A stretch of DNA of 64,000 nt from Octopus bimaculoides (taxonomy: Eukaryota), in the NCBI RefSeq assembly GCF_001194135.2, contig NC_068993.1, positions 19,242,607 through 19,306,606 of the forward strand, read 5' to 3'. Positions 36,687-49,199 of this stretch are shown here, piece by piece. Both the position numbers and the translations under genes were made by a program. How positions within the stretch are numbered: position 1 is the first letter of the stretch; each line of letters begins with the position of its first letter. The notes beneath the pieces were generated by a model. It was not told where the DNA came from. It searched no databases and saw nothing but the letters and a program-made list of their open reading frames with translations.

Positions 36687-37550
36687 TTAGTTGTCTTCCA
36701 TGAAATACTTAGTATGAAATAATTGAAATTCAAAAGAAACACTTAATGAACGAAAACATGTATGATGAAACATAATATAAAATCACAGTAGCTTCTAGGT
36801 TCTCTTATATCTATTTATGATCTTGCCATATATTATGATAGATCATAAATATCAATTTATGATCTTGCAATTTATATATATATATATCCCTTTCAGTCTA
36901 AGCATATATTTCTGGTTCCGAATAGCGGCTTGACTCTATCTGATGTAATATTTCATCTGTTTTATGCAGGAAATGTCATCGGAGACAACTTACCAGTCTT
37001 GTATATTCAGGCGCTCTTCCACAGACAGACAGACAGAAAGACAGACAGATAGATAGATAAATAAATAGATAGATAGATAGACAGAGAGACACACAAATAG
37101 GTATAGTGATATAGATACATATGCACACATACACGCACGTGTACATATGTGTTTGTGTGCGTGTGTGCGTGTTCATGTATATAAATATATACACGTTATA
37201 TCTATTTATCCATACATAATACATACATACGTTCCCCCTCTCTCTCTCTCCCTCTTACAAACATACACACAAATATATATGCATGCATGTATACGACAAA
37301 GTATAAGTAATGGTCATTATGTATTCTTTTATTGTAGTAAATTTGACTTACAGCTGTTTCCGATAATCATTATAGGTTTCTTCATTGATCGGTTTACTAA
37401 ATTGCTCGGTTGTATATATGTCAAGCAAATCTAAGAATTGAAGTTATTATATTGTATTTATACTTTTATTCTGCTCATTTCAGTAATACCTGGTTCAGAT
37501 CATTCGTGAATATAAATGATAGGGTAATATTACATTATATTAGAATGATA

Positions 37551-37765
37551 AAGGCTGTGAACTGGCAGGGTCGTTAGCACGCTGTGCAAAATGCTTAGCG
37601 GCATTTCGTCTGTCTTTACATTCTGAGTTCAAATTCCACCGAAGTCGACTTCGTCTTTCATCCTTTCAGGATCAATAAGATAACTACTAGTTGAGCACAG
37701 GGGTCGATGTATTCGATCATCTGTCTATTCCAAACTATTAGGCCTTATACCTATAATACAAAGTG
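37551..37765 (+). mobile_element. SINE family A
   Basis: actggcagggtcgttagcacgc...ctgagttcaaattccaccgaagtcgac...ggggtcgatgt. Confidence 0.85.
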
Positions 37766-37960
37766 CAATGCATTTCAATAATATATAAATAATCTATATC
37801 CATTTCATCAGACAATGGACGTATTTGTTCTATTTCCACATTGTCTTAAAAGATGAGCATAAGCATTTATATATTCGTATCTATATTGATGAAGTAGTGC
37901 TTGTAGTATGCGAGTACATATATGCACGATTGATTCCTCACAATTAGCAGTTGTTGCTAG

Positions 37961-38075
37961 GAGGCTGTGTCAGATGATGCAAGGTCGCATCTACTCGGAT
38001 TGCAAATGAAACCACGTGTTAGTAAAGAAATCATTTCGTCTACCATCTCTGCACTCATGTTGGTCGACAAGGCAC
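37961..38075 (+). other. Candidate coding exon EAVSDDARSHLLGLQMKPRVSKEIISSTISALMLVDKA (phase 0 to 1)
   Basis: Acceptor ttgttgcTAG and strong donor CAC|GTAAGT; only one frame is open. No recognised homolog. Confidence 0.25.
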
Positions 38076-38434
38076 GTAAGTATACAAACAGGGAAATTTT
38101 GCACAGGTTTCTTTATTCGTCTGTCTACCTCTCTTCATACACACACACACATATTTAAACATATATATACATATTTACATATACTGATAGTTATATATAT
38201 ATATNNNNNNNNNNNNNNNNNNNNNNNNNNNNNNNNNNNNNNNNNNNNNNNNNNNNNNNNNNNNNNNNNNNNNNNNNNNNNNNNNNNNNNNNNNNNNNNN
38301 NNNNNNNNNNNNNNNNNNNNNNNNNNNNNNNNNNNNNNNNNNNNNNNNNNNNNNNNNNNNNNNNNNNNNNNNNNNNNNNNNNNNNNATACATACATATAT
38401 ATATATTTATATATTTATATATACATCTAGTTGT

Positions 38435-38510
<76 letters not shown>

Positions 38511-39829
38511 AAGAGATAGATAGATATAAATATATATATACATGTATATGTGTTTATATGTGCATACACACACATACACACCGACATATAAAGAAAGTGA
38601 GAGAGAGGGGCGAGGGAGTGATATATATGTAGATATGTATATATATACATACATATATGGGCGTGTGTGCGTCTGTGCGTTTCTGTGTGTGTGAGTACGC
38701 GTGTGCGCGTATGCTTGTATGTCTTCATATCTGCATATCAGTTTCCGTGCGTGTCCATGTGTTTGCGAGTTTGTGAACGCCTGTGCAGGAGTGGGAGGTA
38801 AATTAAAACTGTCATTTTGTATCAAGTAGCGCGCAGCAGTCATGCTAATGTAGTTTTTGTTTTTTTTGCTTCCCAAAATCAAAAGTACAAAGAACAGGAA
38901 GAAATCACTTGCCGTTCGAAACTTTTTGTTGCAAATACACAAATTTCAAAACAATTATAAATAACAAGCATGTGATAATCATTGTATGCATTGCAGGTTT
39001 CCTCGTTCACTTGCTTAAAAAGAATACGGCCATCCTCATATTCATGCTGCCATGAAATTAATAACAATATTCAAAACCAAAAAGACTCGTGATAAATGTT
39101 CGTCAACAAATGGAACCGCTATATTTAACTCTAAACAATCATGCTACATGGATTTCCGAACAAGAACAAGCAGAATTTGACAAATACAAAAGCAAGAAGT
39201 TCCTACAAGTTACACAAAGAAACTGATGCATCAATGGATTTTTTGGTATGGTCATTACTGTAATGCGTTTTAACGACTGAAGCCATATTAGAAACAATGA
39301 GATGCTCACTATTAAGTTGCTCCATTTGCTAAATGTAATATCCAAATGAGCTTTAGCCCATATACCACCATGTTATAAAATGTGCGGCACATTGAATACT
39401 CTACAAGAAGGTACCCTTAAAAGAAACAGAATGTCACAGCCGGAACACATTTTATCGTCGGTGTCTTCGATTAATCTTCAGAACAACTTGAAAATCAATA
39501 GCTGCTCGATCTGTTATAAAATATCAGCTGATTATCAAATTATCCATGACTATATCTTAAAAGAAAGGAAACAATAAATTATGTATCTTGAGATACATTA
39601 TGTCTTAAAAACAAGATATTATTTCGGGAGTGTTAGAATTTCGTTGTTCAATCTTAGAGATGACCTGAGGGTGCATAACAACAGTTTATAGTCCTTTGTA
39701 GATTTTGTTGTTAAAATACATTGGAGGTGAAGAATCTTTTTGTGGACTTCGAAATAATTTTATCTGCAACTGAGGAGATATCTCTTTCTACTACAGAAAC
39801 AAAGGCTGAAGTTATGTGGATGGATGCTT

Positions 39830-39985
39830 CCTTATTACATTGACCCCGGTGCTCAAATAGTACTTATTTCATCGATGGGAGGCACATACGACCTCGTGAA
39901 TATTTGAACTCAGAACGTAAAGCCGAAAGAAATTACGCCAAACATTTTGTCTGACATGGTAACGATTCTGCCAACTCGTTACCTT
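39830..39985 (-). mobile_element. SINE family A
   Basis: attacattgaccccggtgctc...tacttatttcatcga...atttgaactcagaacg...aacgattctgccaactcg. Confidence 0.8.
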
Positions 39986-40652
39986 TGAAAATTGCTTTAA
40001 TGGTATTCGCTTATATTTTAATTTCACGAGTAGAAATTCAGGCATCGAATAACAAAACGCTCATCATCGAGACTAACGGAAAATTCGCTAACATTATCCA
40101 ACTTGCCGTCTTTTTTTTTAACAGAGCATTGTATGTTCTTTGTAGAAGATTTGACTGTTATTTCTTGCATGAACTTTATTCTAGCATTTGATAATATTGT
40201 CATTTCTGAAACATGAATACGTCACTGTTCTTCATTCAGTGTGTAAACTAAGCAATACCGCACCAGCAAGTTCTGCGATATCTTTGAGCCCTCCTTTACA
40301 AAATATAAGAATCACTCACTAATCAAATTTACATTCTGTAACCGAGGTAGAAAAAGCCCAGTTTTACAAATAATCTTCTTAGACGAATAAGAAATAATAT
40401 GCACGTATGTGTTTGATACAAGACATAATGATAACTATTCGCTAAAATAACTTGCGAAAGAGAAGAGTCAAATTCTAACTGGGAACGATACAGCATTTCA
40501 GCATAGTTGCAATGCAATGACTGAAATTTGATAATTACAAGAGACCAGTCTACCAGCAGTAAATGGCTAATTAATGCAAATCACTTATACAAACGAGAAG
40601 CGAAAATAGTGATATTGACTTTTTAAAGCAACGGATTATATAACATCTAAAG

Positions 40653-40902
40653 CAGTGGTACTCAACCGGAGTCCATACGACGCTTGAGAGTCCATATAAG
40701 ATTTCCGTGTTAAATTTGTGCAATAAATTACTCCTACTTCTACAATAATCAAATATCTTAACAAATTTTAATGTAATTTTTAATAATACCTAATTATAAA
40801 TATATAATAGAATTTTTAAAAGTATCAAATGTCAATGGGAGCCCACCCAAGTAAAATAGGAAACAAAGGGTGTCCATAGCAAACAATGCCTGAGAATCAC
40901 TG
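40653..40902. mobile_element. hAT (Charlie-like) MITE
   Basis: Termini cagtggtactcaacc and cctgagaatcactg (revcomp cagtgattctcagg). Flanking 8-mers atctaaag and ttttaaag (6/8) resemble an 8-bp hAT target duplication. Confidence 0.65.
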
Positions 40903-41299
40903 TTTTAAAGAAAAGCTGCCCTTAAGTAGTCACACCACAACAGTATTAGAAAAACAAAAGCTTTAAACATACGACTAATTACAACCTTGCAAATACAAAA
41001 TATGTTAAGTTTATGACTAAATCACTATTTTCAAACTTACTTAGGTGCACTCCAAATTTTATACATTTATGGATATTAAAAGAAAAGGCCATGTACATAA
41101 AGCGAAATTGGTCCTACAGACAGAAGAATATTTTGTCTATCGTTCAGTCTAATTCCAATTAAGTGTGGGGTACCTTAATTCTTTGAAGTATCAAAGATTC
41201 TAGAGTGAAAGTCATCAATTAGCGGTGCTAAGCGGGATAGAAAACAAAGCCACTGACAGCATTAACTGCATAAAAAATCTGTCTCTGGTTATAACTAAC

Positions 41300-41597
41300 T
41301 GACACTCCGTCGGTTACGACAATGGGGGTTCCAGTTGACCCGATTAACGGAACTGCCTGCAAGTGAAATTAACGTGTAAGTGGCTGAGGACTCTACAGAC
41401 ACTTGTACCCTTAGCGTAGTTCCCAGGGAGATTCAGCGTGACGCAGTGTGACAAGGCTGTCCGTTTGAAATATAGGTGCTACTCACTTTTGCCAGTAGAG
41501 GACCTGGAAGAACGTGAAATAAAGTGTCTTGCTCAAGGACACAACGCGTCGCCAGGAATTGAACTTACCATCATACGATCGTGAGCCGATTACACAG
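41300..41597 (-). mobile_element. tRNA-derived SINE family C with gtgtccttgagcaagacactt core
   Basis: The minus strand begins ...ctcacgatcgtatgatggtaagttcaattcctggcgacgcgttgtgtccttgagcaagacactttatttcac (B-box-like plus conserved core). Confidence 0.8.
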
Positions 41598-42688
41598 GAC
41601 AATATGCAGATGAGGTAGGGATACTATAGGATATCAGCGTGAAGAAAGATAATCAACGTTAATTAAAGAATATCAAACTGGTGGTAAAATGTTATTGAAT
41701 TTTAGAATCATAATAACAGTTTATACACGAATCCTTTAAGAATATATATTATATCGATATAAATCTTCGGATTCCCAAATTTTATTTCGCTGTTTATATA
41801 ATCTCAACGAACTGAAGATTACATTAGACGGTTTTCACTAAAATATAAACTCCATATAAAAACAGTTTCTATATAAAAACGTTTTCCAAATTCGTAAATG
41901 AAAGTTATATTTTAGATAAAAATACACACATTAATTTTTCTCCCCTCTCTCTTTCTCATTAACCATGACATTCTCGCTCTTTCTCTCTATGCTTGTATCT
42001 CTTTCTCTCTCTGTTTGTCTCTCCTTATCTCTCTGTCTGCCTGCCTCTGTCTCCATCTCCTTCTCTTACTTCCCCTCTCTCCTTCGGTAATACTAGCTGT
42101 CATTTCCATTATGACCTTCCACCTAAACGTCCGCAACTTGCGTATTAATGACGCAATACTTATCAGTTGTCTCTAACTACAGTTTAGCAATCGTCATCAG
42201 CTTCTCGACTGTCAATAATTTGTTGCATGATTTGAATATAATTTTAACTCAGTCATCATTTCCACGTTAGACTTAATACACTTTACAGCGTGTTCAATGT
42301 GGTCGGCGGTTTATAGTATCAATTTTTAATTTCTCAGTTCGTTTTGTGCTGGTTTCAGTAGAACTATTAAATGAAACTATCTTACATGCGATGTTCTGTT
42401 CTGAAGTGATTCTTATTAGTTTCTTGATTAAATGTATTAAAGATAAACCCTCTATTACTTACAGAGGCTCAAAGCCTCAGATTTAGCAGGAGGCAACAGT
42501 AACTACATTGATTTCAGAATTTCACATGTAGTTTATTTTATCAAATCTTGGACAATAAAAGCAAAAATTCACCTCTGCAGGATTTGAATTCAGTTCGAAT
42601 ACTGCAACACGTTCTAACATGTCGGGTAATCTACTAATCTATTAAAAATATAAATGCTTTCATTACATGTCTATATTATATGAACCTG

Positions 42689-43095
42689 TGAAGGCGGAGA
42701 GCTGGAAGAATCGTTAGCATGCCGAGCAAAATCCTTAGCAACATTCCGACCCTCTTTACGTTGAGAGTTCTAATTCTGCCGAGGTCTACTTTACCTTTCA
42801 TCCTCTCGGGGTAGATATACTTATCCAGCATTTAACAAGGTGTTGAGTTGTCCAACTATTCGTGCATGACATTCACCAAATCTTTTGACCCAGTGACCTT
42901 GAACTCGATCTGGTCCTGGGGCCTTCCAGTTGCCCATTTTTTGGATGATTTCCTTCACTTCCCTAACTGAAATGACTAGTCCCCCCCTGTTGTAGACAGA
43001 CTACTGTTTGTTTCAGTTCAGTATTGGGGTCGATTTAATCGACTTACCCTCTCCCCCCAAATTGTTTACCTTATGCTAAAATTTGAAACCAATAT
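42689..43095 (+). mobile_element. SINE family A split by an antisense LINE RT fragment
   Basis: SINE 5' part 42689-42820 and 3' part from about 43012 (cagttcagtattggggtcgatttaatcgactt). Confidence 0.75.
42822..42990 (-). mobile_element. R4/Dong-like LINE RT N-terminal fragment
   Basis: LVISVREVKEIIQKMGNWKAPGPDRVQGHWVKRFGECHARIVGQLNTLLN (KAPGPD motif). Confidence 0.8.
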
Positions 43096-44080
43096 TATAT
43101 AGATCTGTTTCAGTACAATGGTGATACAATGTCTGCCACTGCAGAATTTGAAAACTTGAAATATGTCAAAAGCTAGAACTAAAATTCGAAATAAAGCTTT
43201 AAAGAATATCGTGAAATAAACGAGCCCTAAATATTGTATTGGTCATGGAAGCATTTCAGAAATAGTAAATTATGTTCTCAATCTTTCTTCATTTTGTTCT
43301 TGAGTGGCAACGTTGAAATATGCTTTGGCATTAACTAATACAAATAGTATTTATCTTTATATAGTAACTTTGAAGCAGAACTAGATTTGTTTTCCATATC
43401 ACTTAAATGAAAAATATCAAAAGTTACAAAAATGTATATAGATTTTAATTATCGTCATAATTAACTATCTTGTGTGGAATTATAAAAAAAAGATATTTAG
43501 TAAAAGTACTGTTTGATCACTTTTTATTTTGCCTGCGGTCATTTTTCTTACAGCGAGGAAGTGATACAACATTTATGATGAATCACATGAAAACACTCCA
43601 CAACAATGACATCATTTATAATGTTATGTAATGTATGTTTCCTTTAGCTGAACATAATCCGTTGGTGAATAACAATATCACTCTATATACTCTTAAATTA
43701 TGCTTTACAAATCGGCACTGTCCAGACACGTTGCCTCAAATCTCTCTTCCTTCGTTATTTTTTTAACCGCTATTGTCATTGTTAGGTTGTTAATGCTTTG
43801 GTTTTTCAGAAAGCGTTTATAGGAAAGCCTGTTATACTTACGACAATGTATGCAGCAAGAAGCGTACTTTATGGTTAGTAACTTATCTAATAAAGTAGCA
43901 TCATTGATTAAGTAAGCATATTGATACAGAGAGCACACTAATAGCTTATTTAATTTTCTTAATCTCCTTTGATATTGTTAATCTTAACTAGTATTCCCCT
44001 TTTCAAGTTGCTTTGGCACACTTTACTAACACCAATTTTATTTCTCCAGTAAATTTATGCACAGTCTGTAATACTGTTGC

Positions 44081-44084
<4 letters not shown>

Positions 44085-44153
<69 letters not shown>

Positions 44154-44230
44154 TAGTTTTATTTTTATAACGTGCTTTCACTTCACTACCGAGCGCAGCT
44201 CTGTGCGCCTTGGGTATGTGCTGTGGTTTG
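44085..44230 (-). mobile_element. LINE 3' end followed by (TAA)n
   Basis: Minus strand caaaccacagcacatacccaaggcgcacagagctgcgctcggtagtgaagtgaaagcacgttataaaaataaaactactg then (aat)n; truncated by an assembly gap. Family assignment is from recall. Confidence 0.5.
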
Positions 44231-44770
44231 NNNNNNNNNNNNNNNNNNNNNNNNNNNNNNNNNNNNNNNNNNNNNNNNNNNNNNNNNNNNNNNNNNNNNN
44301 NNNNNNNNNNNNNNNNNNNNNNNNNNNNNNNNNNNNNNNNNNNNNNNNNNNNNNNNNNNNNNNNNNNNNNNNNNNNNNNNNNNNNNNNNNNNNNNNNNNN
44401 NNNNNNNNNNNNNNNNNNNNNNNNNNNNNNNNNNNNNNNNNNNNNNNNNNNNNNNNNNNNNNNNNNNNNNNNNNNNNNNNNNNNNNNNNNNNNNNNNNNN
44501 NNNNNNNNNNNNNNNNNNNNNNNNNNNNNNNNNNNNNNNNNNNNNNNNNNNNNNNNNNNNNNNNNNNNNNNNNNNNNNNNNNNNNNNNNNNNNNNNNNNN
44601 NNNNNNNNNNNNNNNNNNNNNNNNNNNNNNNNNNNNNNNNNNNNNNNNNNNNNNNNNNNNNNNNNNNNNNNNNNNNNNNNNNNNNNNNNNNNNNNNNNNN
44701 NNNNNNNNNNNNNNNNNNNNNNNNNNNNNNNNNNNNNNNNNNNNNNNNNNNNNNNNNNNNNNNNNNNNNN

Positions 44771-44854
<84 letters not shown>

Positions 44855-45345
44855 TTATTAGATTTTTACTTCTCAGAGCGCTCGGTCCTATTTACTGTGG
44901 TTGATTCTGAGAGAGGGGACAGCAGCCTGTTGTCATAGATCTCACAAGATCTCTTTCCGCACATCATACGTTTTGATTCTTGGTTGTTAATTATCGTGGA
45001 AGACATTCAACATCTAACTGCCAATTTCAAAATCTGAGCTGTTCCAAGCAGAGCAGCTTCTTGGGGCTTGCTCTGCTCTCATGTCATTTCCGACTTCACT
45101 GACATATTTCTCGAACTCGGTTCTTAGTGCTCCGAGTGCCCCTAAAATTATTGTGATGACAGACACTCTCCTCATAGTCCACGTTCTTGCAATTTCGTCT
45201 TTTAGTAGTCTGTACTTTTCAATCTTTACTAGTTCCTTGTCACCTTAACATGCATCCCCAGGTATTGCGATGTCTATAATTTTGGTTTCCTTTTTTCCTT
45301 TGTCTACCACAACATCTGGTCTCATCGATTAGGGAGTAACATTGG
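44771..45345 (-). mobile_element. R4/Dong-like LINE 3' end with restriction-like endonuclease domain and (TAC)n(TAA)n tail
   Basis: RPDVVVDKGKKETKIIDIAIPGD...KELVKIEKYRLLKDEIARTWTMRRVSVITIILGALGAL...AALLGTAQILK (PD..D..K..KY RLE motif). Confidence 0.85.
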
Positions 45346-46004
45346 ATTTCAAAATCACACAGTATCTTATATTCATTGTTCTGAGTTACTCCTGGTTCAT
45401 GTTTGGAAACTCCTACGAGAAGGAAAATATTTTGGGGGGCTACGTATTATAAGAAACCTTGTGAAACATTAGGCAGAGAGCAGAGAAACATTAGGCAGAT
45501 TGTCTACGGCGAAAACAAACTGTGGTTTGCAAAAGAATGTATATAAAGAATACTGGCTTTGATTTTTATACAACCTGGACTAAACACCTTTATGTTTTTT
45601 CTTCTATAGTTAATGAAAGTGCTTTGAGATACGAAGCCTAATGCCTGGAGCAATAAACTTTCGAATCGATTATCGAATATATTTTCTCTAACAGACAGGA
45701 ATATAATGGAAAAGTGAGTTATTCTAGCTGATAAAAATAACTGGCTAACTCTCACCCGAATTAGTGAAGACATTAGCAGAAGACGAAAACTTCATGTAAT
45801 GTTCTAATGTATTTCCTTTAGGTATTATAAAAATACTATATTTTTACTTTCCAACTGTGTTTAATAATAATAATAATGACACTCATTACAAACAAAGCCG
45901 GATACAAACTAATGTACAATACACATAACCACACTTACACAAAGAAACACACAGACACACACACCTGAAGGTGTATGCATTTGTAAGTATGCATCTTTTT
46001 TTGT

Positions 46005-46275
46005 TAATCTTTTATTTGTTTCGGTCATTGGACTGCGGCCAAGCTGTATCATCGTCTTCCAGAGATTTTAGTCCAATGAATCGTTCCCAGTACTTTCTGT
46101 TTTGTTTTGTTCAAACCTGGTACTTCTCCATCGGTTCTTTCTGGCGAACTGCTGATTTGCGGAGACGTCAACAACCCAACACCGGGCCTCAAGTGGTGGT
46201 GGGGAACAAACATAGATACAAAGATACACCCACACAAACATATGGGATGAGCTTCTTTCAGTTTCCGTCTAACAA
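46005..46275 (-). mobile_element. SINE family B (partial)
   Basis: tttcggtcattggactgcggcc...cctggtactt...ccaacaccg...gagcttctttcagtttccgtct. Confidence 0.7.
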
Positions 46276-46309
46276 ACCTTTTTGCCTATTGTACCATATT
46301 TATATGTAA

Positions 46310-46359
<50 letters not shown>

Positions 46360-47092
46360 NNNNNNNNNNNNNNNNNNNNNNNNNNNNNNNNNNNNNNNNN
46401 NNNNNNNNNNNNNNNNNNNNNNNNNNNNNNNNATATATATGTGTGTGTGTGTGTATTTATGTATGTATATACATACATGTTCGCGTGTACCTTTGTGTGT
46501 TAGTGTATGTACGGATGTATCCTTAGTAGTCAATATTATCTGCCACAAGTGGCTGGCTTGTCCTCTGTGGAAGCGGAGATAATTTCAATAAATCCAAAAT
46601 TTATCTCGTATGTTACATAATATATTCCTATTCGTCTTCACTGTTCAAAATTGTGCTACTGGTCATTCAGAGGTATTTCTTTCATATCAATTTCGTTTTA
46701 TTTATGTAAAGCGCAGTTGGCTATAGATGTGTTCTACTCTGTGCATATGTCTAAGTGTCTCGTATGAAGAAGCGAAGGTAGAGCAATTACTGCTTTGATA
46801 ATCCTTATTGAAACAGAACTACACGTTCAAATTAGTCTTCTGTGATTAAAGACTATCTTTTCATTAGCGACATGTCCATTTTCTTCTTTTTTTTTTCTAG
46901 AGAGAGAAATCTTGATTCGTAAAAATATGTTCGTTTCTCGTTTGACTTTTGTACCAAATACTATTATGTTGCATGCGACAGAGAAATCAAAGAAATTTGA
47001 ATGATATGTAGGAAGTTTGTAAGTATCAAATGTAGGATAAATAAATAAATTCGAAATGTAATACATGAAAAATTAACTATTATAAATATGTA

Positions 47093-47275
47093 ATATTGGT
47101 TTCAGGTTCTTCAAAAAGGCCAGTAGTTTCGGGTTAGGGGGTTAGTCAATTACATCCACTGGTTCCTTATTTATCGACCACGAAATGATGAAAGACAAAA
47201 TCAATCTCGGCAGAAATTCTACTTGGAATTTTAAAACGGGCAAAAATCTGCTAAGCATTCCGCCAACTTGCCGCG
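47093..47275 (-). mobile_element. SINE family A (degenerate)
   Basis: tagtcaattacatcc..tttatcgaccacgaaatgatgaaagacaaaatcaatctcggcagaa...gctaagcatt. Confidence 0.7.
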
Positions 47276-47569
47276 TTTCATGAATATGCAATATTACCAT
47301 AAGAAATGTTTTATAATATCTGTGAATAATTCGAGTGTTAATTAATAAGAATTATCAGACAAGTAATTTATTAATTTTAGAATTAATGGTAGTATTATAT
47401 TGTAGATTTCTAATAAGGAAAATATGTATTGAATCGATATGATATGATGCAGTGCTTCCTTCCTTGGAATCCTGGCAAAGTTCAGTGGAGTCACAGTAAC
47501 ATTTGGTAATTGCGGGCTGGTACAACCGCAATAAAGGAGCTCACATGTTAAATGAAATGAACCACACAA

Positions 47570-49155
47570 TTACCATACTTTTTTCTTCTTAATACTTTCT
47601 ATCACAGTTTGTAATTCTTTGAAATTTGAACACAAAAACTTACATATACCAACAAATACACAAGGCATCGTACGTTCCATCATGACAGGAAAAAGTTATT
47701 CTTTTGACATTTCGATGGTAATTTAACATTAATGAATAAAGTATCAAGTTGGTACTGGAATGTCGTGTGTGAATTAAGTTGACGTTCAAACATCCTGTGA
47801 TAATCTTTAAGAGTAATTGCCCGCGTCGCTTCCTTGAACATATGGACATCGTTTTAATGTTGCTAAATGGCAAGCAGCTTGGAGAAGACATGCTGGTTGC
47901 CAAATGTGATGTATTCTACCTTGGAGATATATTTTAAGCCAAATTTGGTGAACACAAACAACTATGAGATAAAAGCAAATATTTTAATTTGCAAAGAGAC
48001 TACTTGTGCATTATATGGAAAACTTAATCGGTTCGTGATAAATACTTGGCGTGAATAAATTTTCCAGCCATTTCCACTTTTAAAGATGTGTTGTACAAGG
48101 ATTACATGTTCATTGTGCAGTTTAAGAGACTGTAGAATGATATTGAAAATAGGTTAGCCCCATTTCGAACAAATGAAGCTGTCATCAATTTACAAGAACG
48201 CCTCGTTGTGCTACAGAGTAATCAAACTCCACGAGATAATTTAATCATAGCATAGGTTCAATAATTTATGGAGAAATAATGAAATTGCTTGGGAATTACC
48301 ATTGTGTTACGCAGGGAGCAAAATAACATTTCTTTGCCTATCCTACTTTTTACCTAGTTGAGCCACGTTCTAGCCAAGCGACTTTCCTACCATTCAAAAC
48401 TGAAATTCCCTTAAAAATTGCAGGAAGAAGCAATCTTCATTTGTCTCTAGCAACTCTGGATCCTGATGCTGAAAATCTTACAAAATTGCATCAGCTACAA
48501 AGATCTCACTAAATAAATGAAGTAAAAAGATAATGCGATATATAATTTTTGTATTTTGTTAAATGTTTTTTTATTTTTGTACTTAAGAAGTAATCGTTTT
48601 TAGAGTTAATAATCTAACTTTACATGTTATGCCAGAAAAAATAATGTTTGATGATAAGTGGTTGTTTTTTTTTAAACCCATAAAATATTTTTGCTTTTGT
48701 GAAATAGATTTATAGGGAATAATTTAACTTGGCTTTTAATATACACTAATATTTTTTATGGAGTTTATTACGGTAATGACAGAAAAAGGTCACTTTTGAA
48801 AAAAACATTTATTTAATGTTTTTTTTTATCATTATATACTTTCGTTCAAAAATTGTCTTCATTATAATTTATCTTGTTTTTTTCATAGACATAAATCATA
48901 GAAATAAATCTCATAATTATAAAACTAATTTAAAACAATTAATATTTAAAATGTCGTTATTATTTTATAAAACTTAACAAATTATGTTTTATTAACAGCT
49001 TTAGATATTTTCATGGCTTGGTTCAACTATTAAACATTTATTTAATTTTAAAAAAATGAAGTACATTTTTTCACTAATAATATTTAGAGGGACATGGAAA
49101 TACTAAAGGTTTTATAGAGGCGGAGGCATAAGTTTTAAAATGTTGGCGCAATCGA
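47570..49155 (+). mobile_element. hAT (Charlie/ZBED8-like) transposase C-terminal remnant and 3' region
   Basis: YSTLEIYFKPNLVN...ILICKETTCALYGKL...WRE*IFQPFPLL, and PT-YLVEPRSSQAT...IAGRSNLHLSLATLDPDAENLTKLHQLQRSH* (frameshifted). This matches the hAT dimerisation end FP..YLVE.GFS...RGDLRL.LT..EP.I..L...HQ...SH. Confidence 0.7.
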
Positions 49156-49199
49156 ATGATGTCTTCAAATATTATGATATTAGGTGAGAAATGGAATAT

